Below, in pieces: positions 19,074-28,660 of a stretch of DNA of 53,565 bases. Under the pieces are notes generated by a model. It was not told where the DNA came from. It was given only the letters and a program-made list of their open reading frames with translations, and ran no database searches. Within the stretch, counting starts at the first letter, position 1. The number at the start of each line of letters is the position of its first letter. Made by a program: the position numbers and the translations under genes. The stretch lies in sequence record DRR378314_2131; one strand, written 5' to 3'.

Positions 19074-20081
19074 TCACTCCAACTCGCTGGTTTTCACGAC
19101 GCGGCCTTCAGCCACGGACATAAAACAGGCATCTGCAAGCAGGAGTGCCAAACGGCCATCTTCAAATCCTACGGGGACTGGCGCGCCTGTTTCGATCGCA
19201 TCGACGAAATGGTCGATCTCGATGTTAAAGGCCGCGCCGTAGCGTTCGATGAAGAAATGCTGCAATGCTGCCGACACGTTCGTCTCGGTTGCAGAAAACT
19301 TCCTCATGTTGTGATTATGGTGATTGTCAGAGATCACCATGCCCTTGGATCCTAAGAGCTCGACCCGCTGGTCATAGCCATAGACGGCTTCACGCGAGTT
19401 GGTGATGATAGCCTGCTTACCGCTGGCGGTTTTCATCGTCACGACAACGGTGTCGAAGTCGTCACACTCATCCATCAGTGCCGGGTCCACCAGTCGCGAT
19501 CCGGTGGCAGAGACTTCGGTGACCTCTTCACCCAACATGAAGCGGGCCAGGTCAAGATCATGGATCGTCATGTCGCGGAAGATGCCGCCGGACGTTTTGA
19601 TATAATCATCGGGTGCCATGCCCGGATCGCGGGAGGTGATGGTGACCTGATGCAGCTCGCCAATCTCACCTTCCGCCCGCGCCTTTTGACAGGCCGCATG
19701 GCCGGGATCGAAGCGGCGCACAAAGCCCAGCATGATCGGCACGTCCTTGCCAGCAATTCGTTCCTTAAGGGCGTTTACACGCGGCAAGGACAAATCGATT
19801 GGCTTTTCACATAGAACCGGTTTGCCCGCGTTCACACAGGCCTCGAGCAGATCCACATGGGTCGAAGTTGGCGTTGCGATAAGTACTGCATCGACGTCTT
19901 CGGCAACTATAGCTTCGTCGGCCGAAGCGAATTTGGTAACGCCATGCTTTTGAGAAATTTCCTCAGCAGAGGGGTCGTGCACATCAAAAACACCGGCCAA
20001 ATCTGCTCGCGGATGTGATGCAATGTTGTTGGCGTGCATGCGGCCAATACGTCCGCAGCCGAGCACAGAAATCCTTGGCAA
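19074..20081 (-). CDS. iolG: Inositol 2-dehydrogenase
   Basis: GCGRIG, CEKPIDL, RRFDP, ITSRDP, GGIFRDMTIHD and YGYDQRVE motifs. TTG start at 20081 with a GGGAGA RBS. Confidence 0.88.
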   Translation of the reverse strand: MPRISVLGCGRIGRMHANNIASHPRADLAGVFDVHDPSAEEISQKHGVTKFASADEAIVAEDVDAVLIATPTSTHVDLLEACVNAGKPVLCEKPIDLSLPRVNALKERIAGKDVPIMLGFVRRFDPGHAACQKARAEGEIGELHQVTITSRDPGMAPDDYIKTSGGIFRDMTIHDLDLARFMLGEEVTEVSATGSRLVDPALMDECDDFDTVVVTMKTASGKQAIITNSREAVYGYDQRVELLGSKGMVISDNHHNHNMRKFSATETNVSAALQHFFIERYGAAFNIEIDHFVDAIETGAPVPVGFEDGRLALLLADACFMSVAEGRVVKTSELE

Positions 20082-20100
20082 GTTCGTTCTCCCATTTTTC

Positions 20101-20122
20101 TCTTGCAATGATTGTTGCAAGA
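20101..20122. promoter_or_regulatory. Perfect palindromic operator in the iolG/iolD divergent promoter
   Basis: TCTTGCAA-N6-TTGCAAGA. A second dyad, TATTGA-N3-TCAATA, lies at 20125-20139. Confidence 0.7.
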
Positions 20123-20187
20123 TGTATTGAATGTCAATAATCAATTCAGTGGGTGCTGAACGCAAGCATTCAGGGAGGAAAAGCGAG

Positions 20188-22050
20188 ATGACCGCCAGCA
20201 CAGTACGCCTTACGATGGCGCAGGCTTGTGTCCGGTACTTATGTGCCCAATACACAGAGATTGATGGCGAACGTGTGCCGCTGTTTGCTGGTGTTTTTGG
20301 CATCTTTGGCCATGGCAATGTCACCTGTTTTGCGGAAGCGCTGGAGCGTGTTCAGGATCAGCTGCCGACCTGGCGTGGCCAGAATGAACAATCCATGGCG
20401 CTTGCGGCCATCGCGTTTGCGAAAGCCAAAAAGCGGCGCCAGATCATGATCGCCACCACTTCTGTGGGCCCGGGCGCGACGAATATGGTGACCGCTGCAG
20501 GCGTGGCTCATGCCAACCGATTGCCGGTGCTGTTGATCTCGGGAGACACCTACGTCAACCGTTTGCCGGACCCCGTGCTGCAACAGGTTGAACATTTTGG
20601 CGATCCCTCGAAGACCGTGAATGACAGCTTTAAGGCTGTCTCGCGCTATTGGGACCGGATTGTGCACCCGGCGCAGATCATCCAATCTCTGCCACAGGCG
20701 ATCGCGACGATGCTTGACCCAGCCGATTGCGGCCCCGCTTTCATCGGACTCCCGCAAGATACTCAAGAGCGGGCTTATGACTATCCGGTCGAATTTTTTG
20801 AGGAGAAAACCTGGACGATCCCGCGTCCGCGCCCCTCAGTTGATCAGGTAACTGCGGCGGTCGAGGTGTTGAAGACAGCCAAGAAACCTCTGATCATTTC
20901 TGGCGGAGGTGTTCGTTATTCCGGCGCGGAAGAAGCCGTTGCTGCATTCGCCAAGAGACGTGGCATTCCCATGGCCGAAACCATCGCCGGAAAAGGCGCG
21001 GTTTGCCATGATGACCCCGCATATGTTGGCCCGATGGGTATCGAGGGCACCGAAGCAGCCCGCCAATTGTCGGAATCGGCTGACGTGGTTCTGGCTATTG
21101 GCACAAGGATGCAGGATTTCACCACCGGGTCATGGACGACCTTTCCGAAGGATGCGACGTTCATAAACGTGAACGCCGCACGGTTCGACTCGCTCAAGCA
21201 CCGCGCCGTGCCGTTAGTGGGTGATGCATTGGAATCGATTATCGAGATCGACGCAGCGCTTGGTGATTGGGCCGCCCCTGCAGAGCGGATGGCGCAGGCC
21301 CAGGCCTGGTACAAAGACTGGAACGATCTTCTGGACGAGGGGCAGGCACCCACAAACGCCGAAATTCCAAGCTATGCGCAGGTGATCGGTATCGTGAACA
21401 AGATGGCGAAGCCAGAGGACGTGATGGTCACCGCCGCGGGTGGCTTGCCCGGTGAAACGATCAAGAACTGGCGTTGTAAATCGCCTCACAGTTTTGACTG
21501 TGAGTTTGGTTATTCTTGTATGGGTTATGAAGTTGCAGGGGGCTGGGGCCATGCCATGGCGCTTGAGGGCACTCCGGGCACACCAATCGTTATGGTGGGC
21601 GATGGGTCCTACATGATGATGAACTCGGACATTCATTCGTCGGTCATCGCGGGACACAAGATGATTGTCGTGGTCTGCGACAATGGCGGCTTTGGTGTCA
21701 TCAACCGTTTGCAGACGGGGATGGGCGGCGCAGGGTTCAACAATCTTCTCAAAGACAGCCGCGTCGTTAATCCGGCCAATGTACGCCATGTGGATTTCGC
21801 CAAACATGCAGAAGCAATGGGTGCCGAAGCGCGCCATGTGGAAAGCTTGGCCGATCTCGAAGATGCTCTTGCCTGGGCTCAAACCACGGATCGCACAACG
21901 GTGATCAGCATCGAGTCGGATGCCTATACTTGGACCCCGGGCGGGGCCGATTGGTACGTGGGTGTTCCGGAAGTGTCACCCCGCGAAAGTGTCAATGAGG
22001 CCCGCAAAGGCCAGGAAGAATTCCGCAAGAGACAGCGGATTGGAGTCTGA
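20188..22050 (+). CDS. iolD: 3D-(3,5/4)-trihydroxycyclohexane-1,2-dione acylhydrolase (ThDP)
   Basis: TVRLTMAQA, GIFGHGNV, GQNEQSMA, PDPVLQQ and GDGSYMM motifs. Confidence 0.95.
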   Translation: MTASTVRLTMAQACVRYLCAQYTEIDGERVPLFAGVFGIFGHGNVTCFAEALERVQDQLPTWRGQNEQSMALAAIAFAKAKKRRQIMIATTSVGPGATNMVTAAGVAHANRLPVLLISGDTYVNRLPDPVLQQVEHFGDPSKTVNDSFKAVSRYWDRIVHPAQIIQSLPQAIATMLDPADCGPAFIGLPQDTQERAYDYPVEFFEEKTWTIPRPRPSVDQVTAAVEVLKTAKKPLIISGGGVRYSGAEEAVAAFAKRRGIPMAETIAGKGAVCHDDPAYVGPMGIEGTEAARQLSESADVVLAIGTRMQDFTTGSWTTFPKDATFINVNAARFDSLKHRAVPLVGDALESIIEIDAALGDWAAPAERMAQAQAWYKDWNDLLDEGQAPTNAEIPSYAQVIGIVNKMAKPEDVMVTAAGGLPGETIKNWRCKSPHSFDCEFGYSCMGYEVAGGWGHAMALEGTPGTPIVMVGDGSYMMMNSDIHSSVIAGHKMIVVVCDNGGFGVINRLQTGMGGAGFNNLLKDSRVVNPANVRHVDFAKHAEAMGAEARHVESLADLEDALAWAQTTDRTTVISIESDAYTWTPGGADWYVGVPEVSPRESVNEARKGQEEFRKRQRIGV

Positions 22051-22056
22051 GTCGGA

Positions 22057-22953
22057 ATGCTGAAAGCCAAATTAGGTATAGCCCCCATCGCCTGGTGGAA
22101 CGACGATCTTGAGGAACTCTCGGACGACGTGAGTTTGGACGAATGTTTGCGCCAGGCTGCCGAAGCTGGCCTGACGGGTATGGAAACCGGCCGGCGCTTT
22201 CCCATGAATATGGATGAGCTGGGGCCGGTTCTGGACAAACACGGGATGTCGGTCTGCGGCGGATGGTTTTCGGGTCTTTTGCTTGATGGCGATATTGAGG
22301 TTGAAAAGGACCGAATCGCCGAACAGCACGCCTTCTTCAAAGCCGCGGGCGCGCCTTGCATCGTCTATGGTGAGACCGCGCGCTCGGTTCAGGGTGAGCG
22401 TAACACGCCACTGGCGCAAAAACCAAAACTGACTGAGGCTGAGATGGACGCCTATGGTCGCAAGGTTTCGGATTTTGCCGATTGGTGCGCCAAGGAAGGC
22501 ATGCCGCTAAGCTATCATCACCATATGGCGGCAGCGGTGGAAACCGAGGCGGAACTGGACATGTTCATGAAGCATTCCTCAGTGCCGCTATTGTTTGACG
22601 CCGGACATATGGCCTTTGCAGGCGGGGACAATTTCCGCGTCATTGAAAACCATCACTCCCGGATCAGTCACGTTCACGCAAAAGACATCCGCAAGGATGT
22701 TGTGGACGGGCTGAACCGAGAGCGTGAGAGTTTTCTCGATGCGGTGATCAAGGGTGCGTTTTCCGTGCCGGGTGACGGCTCGCTTGATTTCGAAGCGATT
22801 GCCAAGGCGCTTGCCGCGAAGGGCTATGAAGGTTGGTTCGTGATTGAAGCCGAACAAGACCCGGTCGCTAATCCGCCGCTTGAAATGGCCAAGAAAGGCC
22901 GAGCTGAATTATCCCGTGTCATGAAGGCGGCCGGGTACAAGGTTGTCGCATGA
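22057..22953 (+). CDS. iolE: myo-inosose-2 dehydratase
   Basis: GIAPIAWWNDD, YHHHM, DAGH, HVHAKD and EAEQDP motifs. Confidence 0.95.
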   Translation: MLKAKLGIAPIAWWNDDLEELSDDVSLDECLRQAAEAGLTGMETGRRFPMNMDELGPVLDKHGMSVCGGWFSGLLLDGDIEVEKDRIAEQHAFFKAAGAPCIVYGETARSVQGERNTPLAQKPKLTEAEMDAYGRKVSDFADWCAKEGMPLSYHHHMAAAVETEAELDMFMKHSSVPLLFDAGHMAFAGGDNFRVIENHHSRISHVHAKDIRKDVVDGLNRERESFLDAVIKGAFSVPGDGSLDFEAIAKALAAKGYEGWFVIEAEQDPVANPPLEMAKKGRAELSRVMKAAGYKVVA

Positions 22954-23765
22954 ATCGGATAGATGGAAAAATCGCCCTGATCACAGGCGGAACGCAGGGA
23001 TTGGGTGCGGCCATCGCACGCGTCTTTGCGCAGGCTGGCGCTGCGGGCGTCGCAATTGTGGGTCGCGGCGCGGCCAAAGGTGAGGCTAAGGCCGCAGAAA
23101 TCAGCGTGGCCACCGGTGTGCCAGTGGAAATGATTGCCGCAGATCTTGGGAATGTCGAGGACGTGCAACGCATTGTCCCGGCAGCCGTAGCGCGCTTTGG
23201 CACTATAGATATCTTGGTGAATGCGGCAGGATTGACGGATCGCGGGAACCTTCTAAACACGACACCTGAGCTTTTCGATCAGATGTTCGCGGTCAATGCT
23301 CGCGCGCCATTCTTTCTGATGCAGGACACTGTCAAACAGCTTGAAAAGGATGGCAAAGGCGGACGGATCGTGAATATCGGCTCAACCTCTTCGCATGCCG
23401 GTCAGCCATTCATAGCGCCCTATTGCGCGTCCAAAGCGGCGCTTTCGACGCTGACGCGCAGCTCAGGCTACGCGTTGATGCGCAACGGTATTCACGTAAA
23501 CCAACTCGATATTGGCTGGATGGCCTCCGACCACGAGCGCCAGCTTCAACTTGAAGAATCCGGTGATCCTGACTGGGAGGAAAAGGCGAATGCTGGCCTG
23601 CCCTTCGGTCGATTGCTCGACCCGCAAGAAGTAGCCCGGGCTGTTTTGTTTCTGGCATCGGACGACGCCGGGATGATGACCGGCGCGGTCATTCACTACG
23701 ATCAATCTGTCTGGGGTGGCTATGATGCACAAGCCCCAGGACCAGCAGAAAGGCTGAAGGAGTAA
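22950..23765 (+). CDS. Short-chain dehydrogenase/reductase
   Basis: TGGTQGLG, VNAAG and YCASK motifs. ATGA overlap with iolE. Confidence 0.92.
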   Translation: MNRIDGKIALITGGTQGLGAAIARVFAQAGAAGVAIVGRGAAKGEAKAAEISVATGVPVEMIAADLGNVEDVQRIVPAAVARFGTIDILVNAAGLTDRGNLLNTTPELFDQMFAVNARAPFFLMQDTVKQLEKDGKGGRIVNIGSTSSHAGQPFIAPYCASKAALSTLTRSSGYALMRNGIHVNQLDIGWMASDHERQLQLEESGDPDWEEKANAGLPFGRLLDPQEVARAVLFLASDDAGMMTGAVIHYDQSVWGGYDAQAPGPAERLKE

Positions 23766-23830
23766 TCAACCGAATTTCCGCCGTTCCTGATACGGATCAC
23801 AAGGCAACCGATGACCGTTTGCCAAAATCA

Positions 23831-23874
23831 GTTTCCCTGCCTGACGATCTTGGAGAGTTGGCAGACAGGGAAAC
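23831..23874 (+). other. Long imperfect RNA hairpin upstream of the SBP gene
   Basis: GTTTCCCTG and CAGGGAAAC form a 9-bp outer stem, with further internal pairing (CTG/CAG, TCT/AGA). Confidence 0.55.
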
Positions 23875-23924
23875 CTAGTATGTCGTGCCGCCAGTGGCGG
23901 TAACAAACAGAGGAGGTATACGAC

Positions 23925-24884
23925 ATGACTTTGAAGAAAACCATCGTGGGAGCAGTTGTCGCTTCGATGACGGCAGGCGCTGCCATGGCGGCAGACATTG
24001 CCCTCGTTATTGGCTCTAATCAGGACTCGTTCTGGAATGTCGTCAAGAAGGGTGCCGAAGATGCCGCCATGGCCATTGAGGCACGTGGCGGTTCGGTCAA
24101 TATCCTGCAGACCAACAATTATGACAACTATGGCGCGGACTTGGCTACGCTGATCGAGCAAGCGACAGCTCAGGGCGTAGACGGAATTGCAACCGTTCTG
24201 CCGGAACCCAACGCACAGCTCCCGGCAATCAAAGCTGCTCAGGAAGCCGGCATCGTTGTGACGTTGTTGAACGGCGGCGGTGACTCCCTCGAAGAGTCCG
24301 GTGCTCTAAACTACTTTGGCTCTGATGAATACGTCGCTGGCGTTGCTGGAGGCAAATATTTGGCTGAGCGTGGCTCCACGCACATTCTGTGCCACATCCA
24401 GATCCCTGGAACCGTGAACCTCGAAGCGCGCTGCAAAGGTGTTGAAGACGGTGCGAGTGAATCTGGTGCAAAAGTTACAATTTTGCGTCTTCCAACAACG
24501 TTGGACGGCGATATGGCGGGGACGTCAGCAGCTATCGAATCTGAGCTGAATGGCGATCCAAGCATCGACGGCGTCATTACACTTGCGTCGTGGTCCGCCA
24601 GTGCCGCATTCGCCGCGATCGAACAACTGGGCAAGGTGGAATCTGTTCAGTTGGGTCAGTTCGACCTGAGCCCCGCAACGCTGGACCGCATCAAGGCCGG
24701 GACCCAGGCAATGGCTATTGACCAGACGCCTTATTATCAGGGCTTTCTGTCGGTCTCTACGCTAGCTGCCAACATTGACTTCGGCACCAAGATTGCCACT
24801 GAACCGGTATTGACCGGCCCGGCGATCGTTGACTCATCGAATATCGACGCGACGTTCGCGGGTGTGGAAGCTGGCGCACGCTAA
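23925..24884 (+). CDS. Sugar/inositol ABC transporter substrate-binding protein
   Basis: Signal peptide, DSFWNVVKKGA and IDQTPYYQG motifs, strong GAGGAGG RBS. Confidence 0.9.
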   Translation: MTLKKTIVGAVVASMTAGAAMAADIALVIGSNQDSFWNVVKKGAEDAAMAIEARGGSVNILQTNNYDNYGADLATLIEQATAQGVDGIATVLPEPNAQLPAIKAAQEAGIVVTLLNGGGDSLEESGALNYFGSDEYVAGVAGGKYLAERGSTHILCHIQIPGTVNLEARCKGVEDGASESGAKVTILRLPTTLDGDMAGTSAAIESELNGDPSIDGVITLASWSASAAFAAIEQLGKVESVQLGQFDLSPATLDRIKAGTQAMAIDQTPYYQGFLSVSTLAANIDFGTKIATEPVLTGPAIVDSSNIDATFAGVEAGAR

Positions 24885-24993
24885 GGCCATATGACAAAAT
24901 CCGGTCGCCTCAATCGGAGCGGCCGGACTCCCGTTCAGGCACTCGATGCGTTCGAGCGATCCGTCGGGTGAAGGGAAGAATTGGAGAGACGCT

Positions 24994-26052
24994 TTGTCAA
25001 AAGTAAATACGAAATATGCGGCTGCAGAAAGCTCTGTTTCCGGCGAGGCCAAAAGCACGTTTTCTTTTGGCGAGCTCATGAGAAGCCCGGCCATGGGTGC
25101 CCTTATCGGGATGCTAGTTGTTTTTGTAATCTTCGCAATGTTCGGCTATCACCGGAACTTTCTTTCATTTGCTGGCTTTGCCAATTGGATGAATTTCGCC
25201 AGCACGGTGGGGATCATTGCAATCCCAGTTGCATTCCTGATGATCTCGGGTGAATTGGACATATCAACCGGCGCCGTCATGCCTGCATCAGCGATGATGT
25301 TGGGGATTTCCGTAAATCACTATGACTTCCCGATGTGGCTGGGCATGGTTTCCACCCTGGCCATGGCCGCTGGAGTCGGGCTCATCAACGGGCTGTTGGT
25401 GACACGCACCCAAGTGCCGTCTTTCATTGTTACGCTGGCCACGCTCTTCGCTGTAGGGGGGCTGACACTGGCATTGTCCGACCTCCTCATAAACAACACC
25501 AACGTCTCTCTTAACTCACCGGATTGGGCGAAAGCAGTATTTGGCACACGCTATTTTGGCTTCCGCACATCGGTTTTCTGGTGGTTGGGTCTGATCGTCA
25601 TATTCTGGTTTTTTCTGCACAAGTCACCTTGGGGTAACTGGGTGTTTGCCATGGGCGGGGACCCCGAAAGTGCTCACAATGCCGGTATCCCGGTTAGCAA
25701 AATGAAGATTGGGCTGTTCATTCTCTGTGCGGTGTGCACGTCTTTGGCGGGAATGCTTCAGGTGATCCAGTTCAACTCCGCCCAATCTGCAACCTTCTTC
25801 AACATGATCTTCTTTACGATTATTGCGTGTGTTGTTGGTGGAGTGCTGCTCAACGGTGGTTTTGGCTCGGTCGTTGGAGTGGTCTTCGGGACCATGACTC
25901 TCGGTATCGTACAGCAGGGCATCAACTATACCGAGATTGACCGAAACTATTCGTTGTTAATCATCGGTGTGATGCTGCTAATCGCAGTTCTCATGAACGG
26001 AACCTTCCAAAGGCTGGCGACCAATTGGTCAACTGGCAAGAAAGAGGATTAA
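24994..26052 (+). CDS. Sugar ABC transporter permease
   Basis: [20 protein letters not shown] and AMGGDPESA motifs. TTG at 24994 follows GGAGAG; ATG at 24946 is an alternative start. Confidence 0.9.
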   Translation: MSKVNTKYAAAESSVSGEAKSTFSFGELMRSPAMGALIGMLVVFVIFAMFGYHRNFLSFAGFANWMNFASTVGIIAIPVAFLMISGELDISTGAVMPASAMMLGISVNHYDFPMWLGMVSTLAMAAGVGLINGLLVTRTQVPSFIVTLATLFAVGGLTLALSDLLINNTNVSLNSPDWAKAVFGTRYFGFRTSVFWWLGLIVIFWFFLHKSPWGNWVFAMGGDPESAHNAGIPVSKMKIGLFILCAVCTSLAGMLQVIQFNSAQSATFFNMIFFTIIACVVGGVLLNGGFGSVVGVVFGTMTLGIVQQGINYTEIDRNYSLLIIGVMLLIAVLMNGTFQRLATNWSTGKKED

Positions 26053-26054
26053 GC

Positions 26055-26849
26055 ATGTCTGAAGCAAACACCGTTTTGGAACTTCGCAAAGTCGACAAGT
26101 CCTTTGGGCCAATCGACGTATTGCATGAGATAAGCCTGAAGGTGAATGCTGGCGAAGTGCTTTGCCTTCTCGGCGACAACGGCGCCGGCAAGTCAACACT
26201 GATCAAGACGATGGCCGGGGTGCATGCGCCAACGCGCGGTGAAATCCTCATGGATGGCACCCCCACGTCTTTCACCAGCCCGCGTGACGCGCAGGAGCGC
26301 GGGATCGCCACTGTGCACCAGTTCGGCGGGACTTACCCACTGATGTCAATCGGAAAAAACTTCTTCATTGGGATGGAACCCACCAAGGGGCTCGGGCCGT
26401 TCAAAGTATACGATCGTGAAAAGGCGAACCGTATTGCGGTGGAAGAAGTACAGAAGATGGGCATTACCCGGATCACTGACGGTGATCGTTTTGTGGGCGG
26501 ACTTTCGGGTGGTGAACGCCAGTCACTGGCCATCGCCCGCGCAGTCTATTTCGGGGCACGGGTTCTGATTCTGGATGAGCCGACCGCAGCGCTCGGCGTC
26601 AAACAGGCGGCGCATGTCCTGCGCATCGTCAACGAAGCCAAGCGGCGCGGTCTGGCGGTGATCTTCATCACCCATCAAGTAATGCATGCCCTTTCGGTAG
26701 GCGACCATTTCGCGGTGCTTATTCGGGGCGCCATTGCCGCAGACTTTAAGAGGGGCGAAAAGTCTCGGGAAGAAATCGCGGACCTGATGGCCGGTGGAGA
26801 GAGCATGGCAGATCTTGAAGCCGCCATCGGCGCACCTCAGGCGAGTTGA
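26055..26849 (+). CDS. Sugar ABC transporter ATP-binding protein
   Basis: [16 protein letters not shown] and [10 protein letters not shown] motifs. Confidence 0.92.
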   Translation: MSEANTVLELRKVDKSFGPIDVLHEISLKVNAGEVLCLLGDNGAGKSTLIKTMAGVHAPTRGEILMDGTPTSFTSPRDAQERGIATVHQFGGTYPLMSIGKNFFIGMEPTKGLGPFKVYDREKANRIAVEEVQKMGITRITDGDRFVGGLSGGERQSLAIARAVYFGARVLILDEPTAALGVKQAAHVLRIVNEAKRRGLAVIFITHQVMHALSVGDHFAVLIRGAIAADFKRGEKSREEIADLMAGGESMADLEAAIGAPQAS

Positions 26850-26862
26850 GGTTGGTATCAAA

Positions 26863-26985
26863 ATGACAGAACGCGTTGCCATGATCGAATTCGTGATTTT
26901 GGGCGGCGATCATGAAAAGATGGCCGCCCAAAATATATCAGGTGTGTGGCCATCACTGGAAAAGACCGTCAAGTCGTTCGCATAG
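26863..26985 (+). pseudogene. Probable decayed N-terminus of a Gfo/Idh/MocA dehydrogenase
   Basis: GAGG RBS then MTERVAMIEFVILGGDHEKMAAQNISGV, resembling a degenerate 'RIAVIGxGxMGxDH' start. Ends at the IS6 IR. Confidence 0.35.
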
Positions 26986-27805
26986 GGCTTTGTTGCAAAG
27001 TTTTGAGCTTACCGAATTGTCTTGGCGATCAGAACGAAGTTAAGCTGCCAGTTCAGCGAATTGTTTAAACGGACAGAGTCCGGGCGCGAATTGGCCCTTT
27101 CGGATCATGTGCGACACCTCGATTCCAGCAAGTGTTGCTGCAGCTGAGGCAAAGCTCTTGAAACCGAGCATCGGGCGAGTTCGCCTTTTGATGAAACGAT
27201 GGTCTTGTTCTACGATGTTGTTCAGATATTTCCGCCTGACCATCTCGATCGGGATGGGGCAGCCAAAACCCGCAAGCATCTTGTTGATTGCCTTGATGCC
27301 AGCGGTGTTGGCACCGATTTTGTCGATAACGATCTTTCGCGGCAGACCGTTGACCTCCATCATTCGGGCGAAAAACCTTGTGGCGGCCGGCTTGTTTCGA
27401 CGCTCGAACAGCATGAAATCAAGAGTTTTGCCGTGTTTGTCTACGGCACGATAAAGATAAACCCATGTGCCTTTTACTTTGATGTACGTTTCATCCATTC
27501 TCCAGGAGCGGTCGCATGGTCCCTTGCGACGACGCGCTGCATCAGCAATTGCGCCAGAATACCTTGTCACCCAGCGGTTCAGTGTGGTGTGATCCACCGT
27601 GACGCCTCGCTCGAGCATGATTTCTTCCAGATCGCGATAGGACACGCCGAAACGGACATAGAAGAAGACCGCAAACAGGATCACGTCTTTCGGATATTGT
27701 GCGCCTTTGAAAGAGATCATGAACCGACTCTCGAGTTGAAAATAACGATAGCCATTCACTCGCAGCACCGAAGAGCGTCAACAGCTAAAAGTTTGCAACA
27801 GATCC
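26986..27805 (-). mobile_element. Complete IS6-family insertion sequence, 820 bp (copy C)
   Basis: IRs GGCTTTGTTGCAAA (26986-26999) and TTTGCAACAGATCC (27792-27805). The flanks TCGCATAG and AGGAACGC are not a target duplication. Confidence 0.93.
27040..27720 (-). CDS. IS6 family DDE transposase
   Basis: MISFKGAQYPKD start, SYRDLEE, MDETY, IVIDK and VEQDH motifs. 226 aa, apparently intact. Confidence 0.95.
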   Translation of the reverse strand: MISFKGAQYPKDVILFAVFFYVRFGVSYRDLEEIMLERGVTVDHTTLNRWVTRYSGAIADAARRRKGPCDRSWRMDETYIKVKGTWVYLYRAVDKHGKTLDFMLFERRNKPAATRFFARMMEVNGLPRKIVIDKIGANTAGIKAINKMLAGFGCPIPIEMVRRKYLNNIVEQDHRFIKRRTRPMLGFKSFASAAATLAGIEVSHMIRKGQFAPGLCPFKQFAELAA

Positions 27806-27886
27806 AGGAACGCTGAAGCAGTCTGAGCATTTGTCGGCGTTATTTTTCGAACAATAGCGAAAACGAGTTCAGATTCCGTATTGGTC

Positions 27887-28660
27887 CTATGGACTCAACG
27901 TGACTGGACGTTGTTTATTCAACTCTTTCGCAGCAATTGCCATGAAGTTTCGAAGCAAGGCCGCACCATCCTGATCATCCGAATAGTTCTCGACATGCTC
28001 TGGCTCGGTCTGTTCATACATGCAGGACCAGACTGATCGGCGGGATTCCGGATGGAATTGTGTCGTATACCAATGGTTGCCGTGGTCGATACAGATGGCG
28101 TTGCTCTCACCGATGCGGGCCAGTACCTTTGCTTTCTGCGCTTCTGACGGAATCACATGCAGATAGTTGGCAAAGTTGAAACGGGGGAATGTGGACAGGC
28201 CTTCAAAAAGGGGGTGCTGGCGCCCAAGGTCTGTCAGCTCAATCTCATAGGTTCCGGCAAGCGTACCTCCGGTACGGCCATCAAGCACGCCATCCTCGAA
28301 CTGCGTAGACACCAATTGATGTCCACCACAAATGCCAAGCAAAGGTTTCCCGGCATCGCGATACCGGCGCAACCAGGAATAGAGCGCGTGCAGCCAGGGG
28401 CGGTCCTCGGTGACTACATGCATCGTGCCGCCGAGGATGACACAATCGACATCATCCACCGCAGGCAGTGCATCACCGCGACAAATGTCGACGCCGGATA
28501 GTGAAAAACCCGTTTCCTGCGCCACGGGTCCAAACCAGTCCACGATCCAATCTTTTTCCTGGCCGGAAGTACACAAGCCTCCAAAGTGATCGGGGTTGAA
28601 AAGCTCATTCTCACCCAACATGGAAATGAACAGCAAAGAGTTCCCGGCTGTATCGGTCAT
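27887..28660 (-). CDS. Type 1 glutamine amidotransferase-like hydrolase
   Basis: Catalytic triad motifs PLLGICGGHQL and QFHPES. Confidence 0.85.
   Translation of the reverse strand: MTDTAGNSLLFISMLGENELFNPDHFGGLCTSGQEKDWIVDWFGPVAQETGFSLSGVDICRGDALPAVDDVDCVILGGTMHVVTEDRPWLHALYSWLRRYRDAGKPLLGICGGHQLVSTQFEDGVLDGRTGGTLAGTYEIELTDLGRQHPLFEGLSTFPRFNFANYLHVIPSEAQKAKVLARIGESNAICIDHGNHWYTTQFHPESRRSVWSCMYEQTEPEHVENYSDDQDGAALLRNFMAIAAKELNKQRPVTLSP

Noticed and set aside
19074-20324. Long N-terminal extensions in the ORF track (iolG to 20324, fba to 9678, ATPase to 5750, GFA from 12577, hydrolase from 34529)
   Set aside because: The extensions overlap neighbouring genes or promoters. Downstream starts match family N-termini, and most have a clear RBS.
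121-27805. Bona fide composite transposon
   Set aside because: The flanking IS6 copies differ in sequence, one is truncated, and no target duplication is visible.
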